From positions 32,001-96,000 of the IMG/VR virus record IMGVR_UViG_3300032282_006300: DNA of 64,000 bases, one strand, 5' to 3'. Numbering within the stretch: the stretch's first letter is position 1; each line of letters opens with the position of its first letter. Both the position numbers and the translations under genes were made by a program. Source of the stretch: a virus. The notes below the pieces were generated by a model, which did not search any database, was not told the origin of the DNA, and saw nothing but the letters and a program-made list of their open reading frames with translations. Below, piece after piece: positions 26,142 to 34,237 of this stretch.

Positions 26142-27643
26142 TGGTTCTCCTCTAGATCAAGCACTTGACGTGCTCTTTGGGCGATGGCTGAAGCCGTACG
26201 CCGATTGTTTTTGATTGCTGCTTTGTTAACTGATGGTGCGTCTGAAAATTTCAAACCACCCGCACCAGGAACTTTTTCTACGAAACCGCAAGTAGAACAT
26301 TTATAATCGTTTGCGCCTTTTTGCAATGTCATCATTGTACCATCACGAGGGCATTTTAACTCTTCGGCAGAAGGTTTGTTGGCGAGTGGATCATGTTGAC
26401 GGCCAAAAGGAATTACATTGCTGTTTCCACCCGGAATGCCTGTGCTAGGTAATTCAATTTGACTCATGTTGTAAGGATTACGTACAACTGTTCGATTTCG
26501 TTTTACGGGAGAAGAAGTTCCTGAATCTGTGTCCACGTAGGCTTCACCGCTTTGAGTTTCAAAAGAACGTGTACGGCGAATTTTTTCATTACCTTGGGTA
26601 ATTGGGTGGAGAATGTAATCTTGTGGTGTTAAATTTTGAACTTGAGTGGGGATCAAAGTCGCATTCTTGTTTGAGGAAGTGGCTTTGTTATTCGGAGTTT
26701 TACGAGCGCCGCGAAAATTGCGCATCATTGTATGATAGACATCGTCCGCAGCGTATCTTTTTTGCGAAGTCTCGTGCTCTTGGAACGGGCTTACGCGATG
26801 GTACTGTGTGCCTTTTGGACCTTCAACGGTAAAAACACCAGCCTTGTAACCGTAGGCTTTATTTCCAAAATCATTATCTGGAACGTGTTCGTGATAACTG
26901 ATATTGTGTTCAACGCCATCGGGACCAATAAATTGCATGGATTCCCCGTGTTGAAGCCCATGAATCTGTGTCCACGTAGGCAGTTTTGCCCACCAGGGAT
27001 TTTCATTTTCAGCAGTTTTGCGAGAAGCCTCGGTGTGCTCACCGCTTTGAACGTGGAGGTCTGGATCGTACCAATCGTCGTGACCATAGTGTTCGAAATA
27101 ATCTTTTCTGTTTGCTGAATACCACGGGGCGATAACTTCTTTTCCGCACGCAGAGCAACGTTCTCCCATTGGACCGGTAGAATCCCAAGATGCAATGGAA
27201 CCACATGATCCTTCGCATTCTTTAGTCTCTGGGCCGTGGCAATCGGTACAATAGATTTCTCCATCATGGGCGTAGCCTTTTAAGAATTTGTCAGACGCAG
27301 TTTTGCGAGAGCCGGTAAAACCCGGATCTTTTTCGCGGTCGTAGGGGCGGTCGGGAGTGCCTACTGCCGGGTCGTTTTTCGTGCAATTGTCGCACTTAGG
27401 AAAAGAACTATCTTCAGGCACGAGCATATTAGTCCCACAGTTAATACAACTACCGCGGACAGCAATTTTAGAATTAGCGAAAAAAATGTCATAAGCCGAC
27501 TTCTTTGCCATTTGCCGTCTAACCTTCTTCTGGTCGGTGGATGGATTACGCCTTACTTGGCTGTCAGAACCCCTCATAGGTTCTTGCTTCGGAGCGTCCT
27601 CATTACGAGAAACACCCTTTGGCTTTGCAGCCTCATACTGCAT
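26138..27643 (-). CDS. Modular Zn-finger protein with SRKTA linkers
   Basis: Start moved to MQYEAAK behind GGAGG; GSRKTAS, ASRKTAE, NRRTAS. Confidence 0.75.
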   Translation of the reverse strand: MQYEAAKPKGVSRNEDAPKQEPMRGSDSQVRRNPSTDQKKVRRQMAKKSAYDIFFANSKIAVRGSCINCGTNMLVPEDSSFPKCDNCTKNDPAVGTPDRPYDREKDPGFTGSRKTASDKFLKGYAHDGEIYCTDCHGPETKECEGSCGSIASWDSTGPMGERCSACGKEVIAPWYSANRKDYFEHYGHDDWYDPDLHVQSGEHTEASRKTAENENPWWAKLPTWTQIHGLQHGESMQFIGPDGVEHNISYHEHVPDNDFGNKAYGYKAGVFTVEGPKGTQYHRVSPFQEHETSQKRYAADDVYHTMMRNFRGARKTPNNKATSSNKNATLIPTQVQNLTPQDYILHPITQGNEKIRRTRSFETQSGEAYVDTDSGTSSPVKRNRTVVRNPYNMSQIELPSTGIPGGNSNVIPFGRQHDPLANKPSAEELKCPRDGTMMTLQKGANDYKCSTCGFVEKVPGAGGLKFSDAPSVNKAAIKNNRRTASAIAQRARQVLDLEENQ

Positions 27644-27667
27644 ATTAGGCCTCCACAATCAATCTCC

Positions 27668-27703
27668 TACCCTTTCAGGGGGTTTGTGCTAGATAGTGAC
27701 AGG
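27668..27703 (-). promoter_or_regulatory. Putative late promoter CCTGT-N27-GGTA
   Basis: Recurring motif. Confidence 0.6.
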
Positions 27704-27723
27704 GGCGACAACAAAGAGTTTTT

Positions 27724-28218
27724 TTATTGCACAGGACGACTTGAAGTTGCGACCCATACTATTGCCTGATTTCCATACCGAGTTAGCCTTCTTAAACCCG
27801 AATCTTGTATCCAGCCGTCTTTAACCAGCGTATTGCGTGCCCCGCTCGTACTTTGATGAGAACGGCTAATGGCGATCTCTATTTCATCATCCGTGGCCCC
27901 TTTGGAACCAGCATCTTGGATAGTATGAAAAACTTTTGCTCTAATGGTGCCCGATTTTCCAGAAAATAATGCCAAGGTCATTTGGGAAGTATCTGGATGA
28001 TTGGCAGATATCCAAGTTGCATCGTCTTGGGGCATCCTTGCGGATTTAACTATGGCTTGCATCAATTGCTTGTTTTGTGCACTGCCGTTCTTTGACGGAA
28101 TAGGTAAACCTTCCCAATAAGTCCCTGATGGGTCGTGGGCATGCATGCCAAAAGGATGGGCTGGCTTTGTACAAGCCATCCCATCCTGATCGGGGTTTGC
28201 CTCAGAACAGAGAATCAT
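27724..28218 (-). CDS. Winged-helix DNA-binding protein
   Basis: GATDDEIE...HQSTSGARNTLVKDGWIQDSG.RR.T..G..AIVW. Confidence 0.75.
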   Translation of the reverse strand: MILCSEANPDQDGMACTKPAHPFGMHAHDPSGTYWEGLPIPSKNGSAQNKQLMQAIVKSARMPQDDATWISANHPDTSQMTLALFSGKSGTIRAKVFHTIQDAGSKGATDDEIEIAISRSHQSTSGARNTLVKDGWIQDSGLRRLTRYGNQAIVWVATSSRPVQ

Positions 28219-28516
28219 CTTCCTCCATTGCTCGTTTCAGCAAATTTTGTAATTCGGGATCGTTGTCGTATTCATCCTGAGCGTGAACATAACCATGTTC
28301 TACATCAATGTCACGGTGGATGTCACGACGGAGCCGGGGCAAAATGTAACCCTTGAAAAAAATCTTGTAGCCAAGCCAAAGGAGCACAAAGTCAAAGACA
28401 ATGGTAAAAGTTAATTCGGCCAAAATGTGTGCAGGGTCAAAAGAAACACTGACATAGTCTTGCCAAATTGACATGTTGCTTTCGGTTTCTTGTACTAGCA
28501 TCGCTGTATTAATCAT
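28202..28516 (-). CDS. Membrane protein
   Basis: One TM; TTGACT-N17-TAAGTT 6 nt before ATG (leaderless-type). Confidence 0.65.
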   Translation of the reverse strand: MINTAMLVQETESNMSIWQDYVSVSFDPAHILAELTFTIVFDFVLLWLGYKIFFKGYILPRLRRDIHRDIDVEHGYVHAQDEYDNDPELQNLLKRAMEEDDSLF

Positions 28517-28553
28517 GTTTAAAACTTAATGCAAAATTTCTACAAAGTCAAGC

Positions 28554-28985
28554 CTATAGCCATTGAATATCGTTTAAATTGTCTACGCCATCTAGGGCCT
28601 GACGTGCAATATCTTCAGCCACCCAATCAGGGTCCATCAAAGCCGCAATTTCTTGCGAAATCAAGATAGCCATACCCGTGTCTAATTCGGTATCATATTT
28701 TAACGTAGCCAAACGGTTGGTTGCCAACCATGTTTGGAAATTGCAGATTTTATCTTCTAAATTATTTGAAATATTAAAATATTTAGGAATTTGTCCCAAA
28801 ATACCACTTGTTGGAATGATGGCATTTGATTCAGACAATACGATTGTTGGTTCACCAAGAATATCTAGAAAACGGTGGTAAATTTTATCAATCGTATTTA
28901 CACCAAACGGCAATTTAAAAGCAACGACCGACCATTCTGTACCATGCTCTTCACAAAAGTTTTTGCACAAACGATAGTCAATCAT
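28554..28985 (-). CDS. Hypothetical protein
   Basis: ORF with AGAGGA RBS. Confidence 0.65.
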   Translation of the reverse strand: MIDYRLCKNFCEEHGTEWSVVAFKLPFGVNTIDKIYHRFLDILGEPTIVLSESNAIIPTSGILGQIPKYFNISNNLEDKICNFQTWLATNRLATLKYDTELDTGMAILISQEIAALMDPDWVAEDIARQALDGVDNLNDIQWL

Positions 28986-28994
28986 AATTCCTCT

Positions 28995-29198
28995 TTACAA
29001 AATAATATCTGCCGAAGTCATTTTTTCACGCCATTCAGGGTTCGCCTGTTCATAAACATCGCGGGCTTTTACACTGATTGCTGAAGAAAATGATGCACAA
29101 GGTCCAGGGTGGTTTAAAGGAAGTTCACACCAATAGTTGTTGTGTTCTCCTGCGACACCTTCACGACAAGTTTTTTCTGGGTATTCGGCGGGCTTCAT
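28995..29198 (-). CDS. Small Cys/His protein
   Basis: C...CELPLNHPGPC; coupled start. Confidence 0.65.
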   Translation of the reverse strand: MKPAEYPEKTCREGVAGEHNNYWCELPLNHPGPCASFSSAISVKARDVYEQANPEWREKMTSADIIL

Positions 29199-29491
29199 TA
29201 ACTCTCCTCAATTTGCGATATTTGAGACAGTGGGTCCAACGGTTTTGAAACTATAACACCATCGTATTTGTATACTACACCCTGGATCTGAGTGATCAAA
29301 TTGGCAGGCAAATACTGTATTTGTGGGCTTAATTCTTCTGGCATCTCAATAATAACGAGAACGGGCCTATTTTGTTGTGGAATAACGTATTGGGGCCCAA
29401 AACAATCAAAAACATTTTCCAGAGCATAAATAGCCCTATTTGCGTCATTAAAGTTGTTGAAATATGCTTTAAAAATTCTGTTATTCATCAA
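29198..29491 (-). CDS. Hypothetical protein
   Basis: Packed operon ORF. Confidence 0.6.
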   Translation of the reverse strand: MMNNRIFKAYFNNFNDANRAIYALENVFDCFGPQYVIPQQNRPVLVIIEMPEELSPQIQYLPANLITQIQGVVYKYDGVIVSKPLDPLSQISQIEES

Positions 29492-29714
29492 TACCTCTCA
29501 GCAATTCAATTTCATCATCGGGAGAAAATGATTGTTTTTCGGTAACATCATTTGTTACAAAAGTAACGATAATCATGGATACGTGCCCTAAACTAGAATT
29601 GGCATTGTTAATATTGGTAACATAACTTCTACCAAAATCTGTTTTAATAACTTGACCTTTTTTAATATCGCCAGCAAGAATTATCAAAGGGGTTTGGCGT
29701 TCTTCAGACATCAC
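29481..29714 (-). CDS. Small SH3-like hypothetical protein
   Basis: AGDIKKGQVI pattern; packed ORF. Confidence 0.55.
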   Translation of the reverse strand: MMSEERQTPLIILAGDIKKGQVIKTDFGRSYVTNINNANSSLGHVSMIIVTFVTNDVTEKQSFSPDDEIELLRGIDE

Positions 29715-32700
29715 TGCGCCCCCTCTTTTTTATCAATACCAAAACGGGCATTTACAAGAGGTTGCCATAAACCTTTTTGATCTAAATATTTTTCGGCGGC
29801 ATTGCGGTAGTCAAAAACCCCGCGACCAGAAGGTTTGAATGCGCCCTTGCGAGATTCGTGGATAAATTCCCACAGTTGTCGGGCACGGCGGTTGCGGGAA
29901 GGTTCTGGCAACTTGAGAATGTTCTCAATTTCTACAGCCAATCCTTCAAAATAATACCATTCGCTTTGATTAAACTGGTGACCTTCTGGTGCCTCAATCG
30001 GTCGCACTGCCCATTCATCGTCAGTTAAATTATAAGCCGCGTAAGGTTTTAACACACTAATATCGTAAGAATGGGGATTGACGTAAAAAGTAGCAGACCA
30101 AGGGCCAACCTTAATTTTTCCACCAAATGGTTCACCGTTCCATTCCCATTCTGGAATGCCAATAAAAGGCACATTAAAATATGCTTCTTCAATGTTGCAG
30201 TGTTCGCGTAATTCTGCATTCATATGTGCAGAAATTTTTTCAGGAGACATTGTTGCAAATTGTGGATTGCTTTCAATCAAACCACCGTATTCAATTCCAA
30301 TCAAGGTATCAAGATCATCATTAAGATGGTATCCTTGAGATGCGCCGATTTCAGGATTTTTTACTGCGCTAGGATCTGCCCACCATTGGCTTACAGAAGA
30401 ACCGGCAATATAAACTTTACTCCAGTTTTTCCATTCTTTGTATTGGCTGTCCCATAATTCAGCAATACGGTTTATAATGGATTCACGAATTTCTGGGCGA
30501 ATCTTGTCATCTTCAAAAAGACGTGGATCTAGGCTACCAATAGTTGGCGCAAACAAGCGCTGGTTAGGTCGCCAAGAATCAAGGACTGCATTGCGTTCAT
30601 TTGCATTCTTAGAAGCATGTGGGTGAAGTGTTTTTACAAGGTGGTCATGCCACGCCCTGCCTTCACTTGTTTTACGATTTGAATGAATAGGTTTGGTGTC
30701 GGCTAAACCTAACATGTGTGCTTCGTGCGCTTTTGTAAGCATTGTAGTAGCGATACCGTGATATTGATATCCTGGATCTACTTCAATCCAATCAATCTCA
30801 CCTGGAGATAATTTAGAAAGATCGTCTCCATGTCGATCTGTCCATGATAATACTCCAATTTGTTCGTTATTATGATGGACAGTTATTCTATGAGAACCTC
30901 CCTTTTCCGGCGATTCTTTAAAGCGATATTCAATATTTTGTGGGTGAGGGGCATTACTCATATTTTGTGTATAAGTTTTATTTGCCTCATCTAAATTTTT
31001 TTGAAAATCTAAAAATGCATCTTCAGATTTACTTTTATAATACTCGTTTTCATGTTTATTTATTGCATTTTGAAGACGGGCATCTTCCTGTTTTTTAATA
31101 GTCAGGAAAGGATCTTCATCACTAGCAAAATGCTGGAGTAGGCTTAGGCTTGGAGGTAATGAAGACACCCACGCTTCACCGTCATCACTCAGGATATCTG
31201 AGTGCTGGGGTTTAGTAATTGCTCTACCAGAATAATGGGCATCGCGAGCCTTTTCCATCATTTTTGTAGCAATACCATGACGTTGATATTCATCATCCAC
31301 GTCAATGTTGCTGATTTCACCAGAAAAATAGCCAGAACTATATTTATCGTGGGTATCAGTCGCCCAACGAAGGTTGCCAACTTGTTTGCCATCATGGTTC
31401 GCAGTTACTTCATGCATGCTGCCAACCGTGCCAACAGCGCGATAAAACTTGTATTCTACGTTCATTGGGTGTGGTGCTTTTCGCATATTTTGTATATAAA
31501 TTTTGTATGCATTTGAAAATTCTTCATTAGAACCACGCTTTGCCGCATTAAGTTTAGCCTTTTCCTGCTTTTTAATCGTCAGAAAAGGATCTTCATCACT
31601 AGCAAAATGCTGGAGTAAGGAAGCCAAGGTGGGATTTTTTTCAACCATGCGGTCATACCATGCTTGACCTTGAGTGGTTTTGTGATCGGAATGTTCAATA
31701 CGTGTACTGGCATCACCAAATTCGTAAAATTCCCGAGCCTTTTTAATAAGATTAGTAGCAATGCCATGACGTTGGTATTCCGGGGTTACTTGGATGTGGC
31801 CAATTTCCCCAGGAAAAAGACTATGACGTGTTTTTTTTTCATCATTAGCCCAGCGAACATGACCAACTTCTTCGCCATTATGGTAAGCAGTTACTTGATG
31901 CATTTGGTTTCCACCATGTTCAGAACGTTTATTAAATTCGTATTCTACGTTCATTGGGTGTGGGGCTTTTCGCATATTTTGTATATAAATTTTGTATGCA
32001 TTTGAAAATTCTTCATCAGAGCCACGCCTTGCCGAATTAAGTTTGGCATCCTCTTGCTTCTTAATTTTCAAAAAAGAATCTTCATAACTGGCAAAATATT
32101 GTAGCAAGGAAGCCATCCTTGGGTCTTTTTCAACCATGCGCTGATGCCATGCACGGCCTTGATCGGTTTTGTCATCGGAATGTTCAGCGCGAGTACTGGC
32201 TTCACCGGATTCGTAAAATTCCCGAGCCTTCTTGACAAGATTAGTCGCAATGCCATGACGTTCGTAAACAGGAATTACGCCGACGTATCCAATTTCTCCA
32301 GGAAAAAGTTTACGATGTGTTTGTATTTGATCATTGGCCCAACGAATATGACCAACTTGTTCGCCATTATGGTGAGCAGTTACTGCATGCAATTGTTTTC
32401 CACCATGTTCAGAATATGAATGAAATTTGTATTCTACATTTTGTGGGTCGGGGGCATTTTGCATTTGGGTACTAAAACGACTTAAGGTAGCAAAACGTTT
32501 TCTTTTTTCACGGCGCACAATTTCGGCTCGGCCACTATTTTCGTGCTCGTCTTCCGCATCACCAATTTTATCGTTTGCAATTTTCCTGGCTTCATCTAAA
32601 GAATCGTTGGCCTTTTTCATAGCAATATCGTATTTTTTTGCGTGGGGATCAAAAACATTTTCTGCTGCAGCATAAGCAGCGTCCCGCTTGTCCCTGTGGG

Positions 32701-34036
32701 GTTGCAGTTCCGCCAATAGTGCCTCTTGGCGTGCATTGTAGGCTTGTTTATGTGGCTCAAGTTCGGCGTTGGCTTCATCCATTGCTTTGTTGTGCTTAAC
32801 TAAATAATCATCAAGGTTTTTATCAGCATTTGATTTTGCTTGATCAAGAATTTCTTTGTGCGGGCGAATTGCTTCCATTGCATCCGCAACGGCTTTTTTG
32901 TGTTCTGGACTATCTATAGAAAATGTTTGGTCAGCATGTCTTAGGGAACGACTAAATTTTTCTGAATGGGGGCCAAACGCAGCACCGGCGTTTCTTATTT
33001 TTGATTTGTGTTTATTTTCTTCATCAATACGTTCATTTTTGAGTTCTTCTGTTTTGATTGTGTGTGGTTTATATTTTTCAAAAGCCTCGTTTATTAGACC
33101 CATAATGCGATCTTCGTGCGGAGCAAATTCTTTATTAGCCTTTTCTATAGAATCCCACCATACCCCACGGTGAACACTTAATTTTTGGTCAATTTCGAAT
33201 TTGATTGGCCTTTGTTTTTCAAAAACAGCATCGTATTCGGCCCTAGCAGCATTTCTAGCCGATTTAAGGGGGCGCTCAGCCTCTTCAATAACCGCATCAT
33301 GCTTCTTATTGGCCCTATCCAACTCAAACTCGGCATTGGCCTTAGCCCGCAAGAAAGGATCTACACCTTCAGCAAAGAACTGGAACAGGTCGTTATCCGC
33401 AGCCTGGTAGAAGAAATCAACTACGCTGGCTTGAGCCTGGTTACGGCGCTTTACGGCACGAACAGAGCCATCGGAGCGTGCACTTACTTCTTGATTTTTT
33501 CCGCCTTTAAATGATATGTGATGCCAAGAAGGTTTCTCTCCCCAAAAACCAAACTCCCGAAAATCATCTGCATCAGTAAAAAGATCTTTGGCTTTTACAG
33601 TTGCACGAATTACGGGCCAATCATTCTTCGGATCTTCTTGCTTTCCGTGCTGGCGTGCATATTCTTTGCTAATAGAAACCCAATCTCCAGGTTTAATACC
33701 GTGATGTGCTTTTTCTGCGGGTAGCGATCGGTAAATGCGAATTTTTGTTTCAGGGTTATTGCGAATACGGCGCAAAATGTTGTGGGCTTCCCGGTTAGAC
33801 GGCTCACTCATGTCTGAGTAGTAATGTGGGTGGGTATAAACATTCGCTGGCACACCTTGGGTTAAGTCCCAGGCGGGGATGCCCCCTTCAGGATCTCCGG
33901 GCCGGTGTGCCCAACCATAAGAATTGTCGGCAGTTGCCTTAACCCGCAAAAAAGGATCTACACCTTCAGCAAAGAACTGGAACAAAGATGCGTGCATAAA
34001 CTCGGTCTGGCTAACCGTTTCATTCATCTGTTCCAT
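29711..34036 (-). CDS. Polyvalent protein: ART-like domain, coiled coil, four GNAT domains, Pol-beta-type nucleotidyltransferase
   Basis: IYR..GDWVS.S.EYA..H..EFG; four I..I.V...Y.RHGIAT motifs; IAGSS...DDLDTLI. Confidence 0.8.
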   Translation of the reverse strand: MEQMNETVSQTEFMHASLFQFFAEGVDPFLRVKATADNSYGWAHRPGDPEGGIPAWDLTQGVPANVYTHPHYYSDMSEPSNREAHNILRRIRNNPETKIRIYRSLPAEKAHHGIKPGDWVSISKEYARQHGKQEDPKNDWPVIRATVKAKDLFTDADDFREFGFWGEKPSWHHISFKGGKNQEVSARSDGSVRAVKRRNQAQASVVDFFYQAADNDLFQFFAEGVDPFLRAKANAEFELDRANKKHDAVIEEAERPLKSARNAARAEYDAVFEKQRPIKFEIDQKLSVHRGVWWDSIEKANKEFAPHEDRIMGLINEAFEKYKPHTIKTEELKNERIDEENKHKSKIRNAGAAFGPHSEKFSRSLRHADQTFSIDSPEHKKAVADAMEAIRPHKEILDQAKSNADKNLDDYLVKHNKAMDEANAELEPHKQAYNARQEALLAELQPHRDKRDAAYAAAENVFDPHAKKYDIAMKKANDSLDEARKIANDKIGDAEDEHENSGRAEIVRREKRKRFATLSRFSTQMQNAPDPQNVEYKFHSYSEHGGKQLHAVTAHHNGEQVGHIRWANDQIQTHRKLFPGEIGYVGVIPVYERHGIATNLVKKAREFYESGEASTRAEHSDDKTDQGRAWHQRMVEKDPRMASLLQYFASYEDSFLKIKKQEDAKLNSARRGSDEEFSNAYKIYIQNMRKAPHPMNVEYEFNKRSEHGGNQMHQVTAYHNGEEVGHVRWANDEKKTRHSLFPGEIGHIQVTPEYQRHGIATNLIKKAREFYEFGDASTRIEHSDHKTTQGQAWYDRMVEKNPTLASLLQHFASDEDPFLTIKKQEKAKLNAAKRGSNEEFSNAYKIYIQNMRKAPHPMNVEYKFYRAVGTVGSMHEVTANHDGKQVGNLRWATDTHDKYSSGYFSGEISNIDVDDEYQRHGIATKMMEKARDAHYSGRAITKPQHSDILSDDGEAWVSSLPPSLSLLQHFASDEDPFLTIKKQEDARLQNAINKHENEYYKSKSEDAFLDFQKNLDEANKTYTQNMSNAPHPQNIEYRFKESPEKGGSHRITVHHNNEQIGVLSWTDRHGDDLSKLSPGEIDWIEVDPGYQYHGIATTMLTKAHEAHMLGLADTKPIHSNRKTSEGRAWHDHLVKTLHPHASKNANERNAVLDSWRPNQRLFAPTIGSLDPRLFEDDKIRPEIRESIINRIAELWDSQYKEWKNWSKVYIAGSSVSQWWADPSAVKNPEIGASQGYHLNDDLDTLIGIEYGGLIESNPQFATMSPEKISAHMNAELREHCNIEEAYFNVPFIGIPEWEWNGEPFGGKIKVGPWSATFYVNPHSYDISVLKPYAAYNLTDDEWAVRPIEAPEGHQFNQSEWYYFEGLAVEIENILKLPEPSRNRRARQLWEFIHESRKGAFKPSGRGVFDYRNAAEKYLDQKGLWQPLVNARFGIDKKEGAQ
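30640..32460 (-). repeat. Four intragenic tandem GNAT repeats (~480-bp period)
   Basis: Near-identical DNA e.g. 31452-31526 vs 31941-32015 and 31107-31140 vs 31584-31617. Confidence 0.85.
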
Positions 34037-34070
34037 ACCCTTTCGGGGCCTAATATTAGGTGCTGACAGG
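34036..34070 (-). promoter_or_regulatory. Putative late promoter CCTGT-N26-GGTA
   Basis: Recurring motif; overlaps the first ATG, so the true start may be slightly downstream. Confidence 0.55.
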
Positions 34071-34095
34071 CTTATAATAGTTTCTGGGCAAAACG

Positions 34096-34138
34096 AGAGG
34101 GCTCCTGCAAGTCAATTCATTGACGAGAAGCCCTCTCT
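34096..34138 (-). terminator. Hairpin downstream of terminase
   Basis: GAGAGGGCT...AGCCCTCTC followed by GTTTT on minus strand. Confidence 0.5.
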
Positions 34139-34237
34139 ACCGCATTTAGGGGAACTCCCGCCAGAGATAGCGCCCTAAACCTCAACAACGCGGCTATAAC
34201 ATTATTATAGAGATATTTCAAAAATAGACAAATCGGG

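Noticed and set aside
30640-33990. Repeats as DGR template/variable regions
   Set aside because: All copies are in-frame coding, differences are not adenine-restricted, and no reverse transcriptase is present in the window
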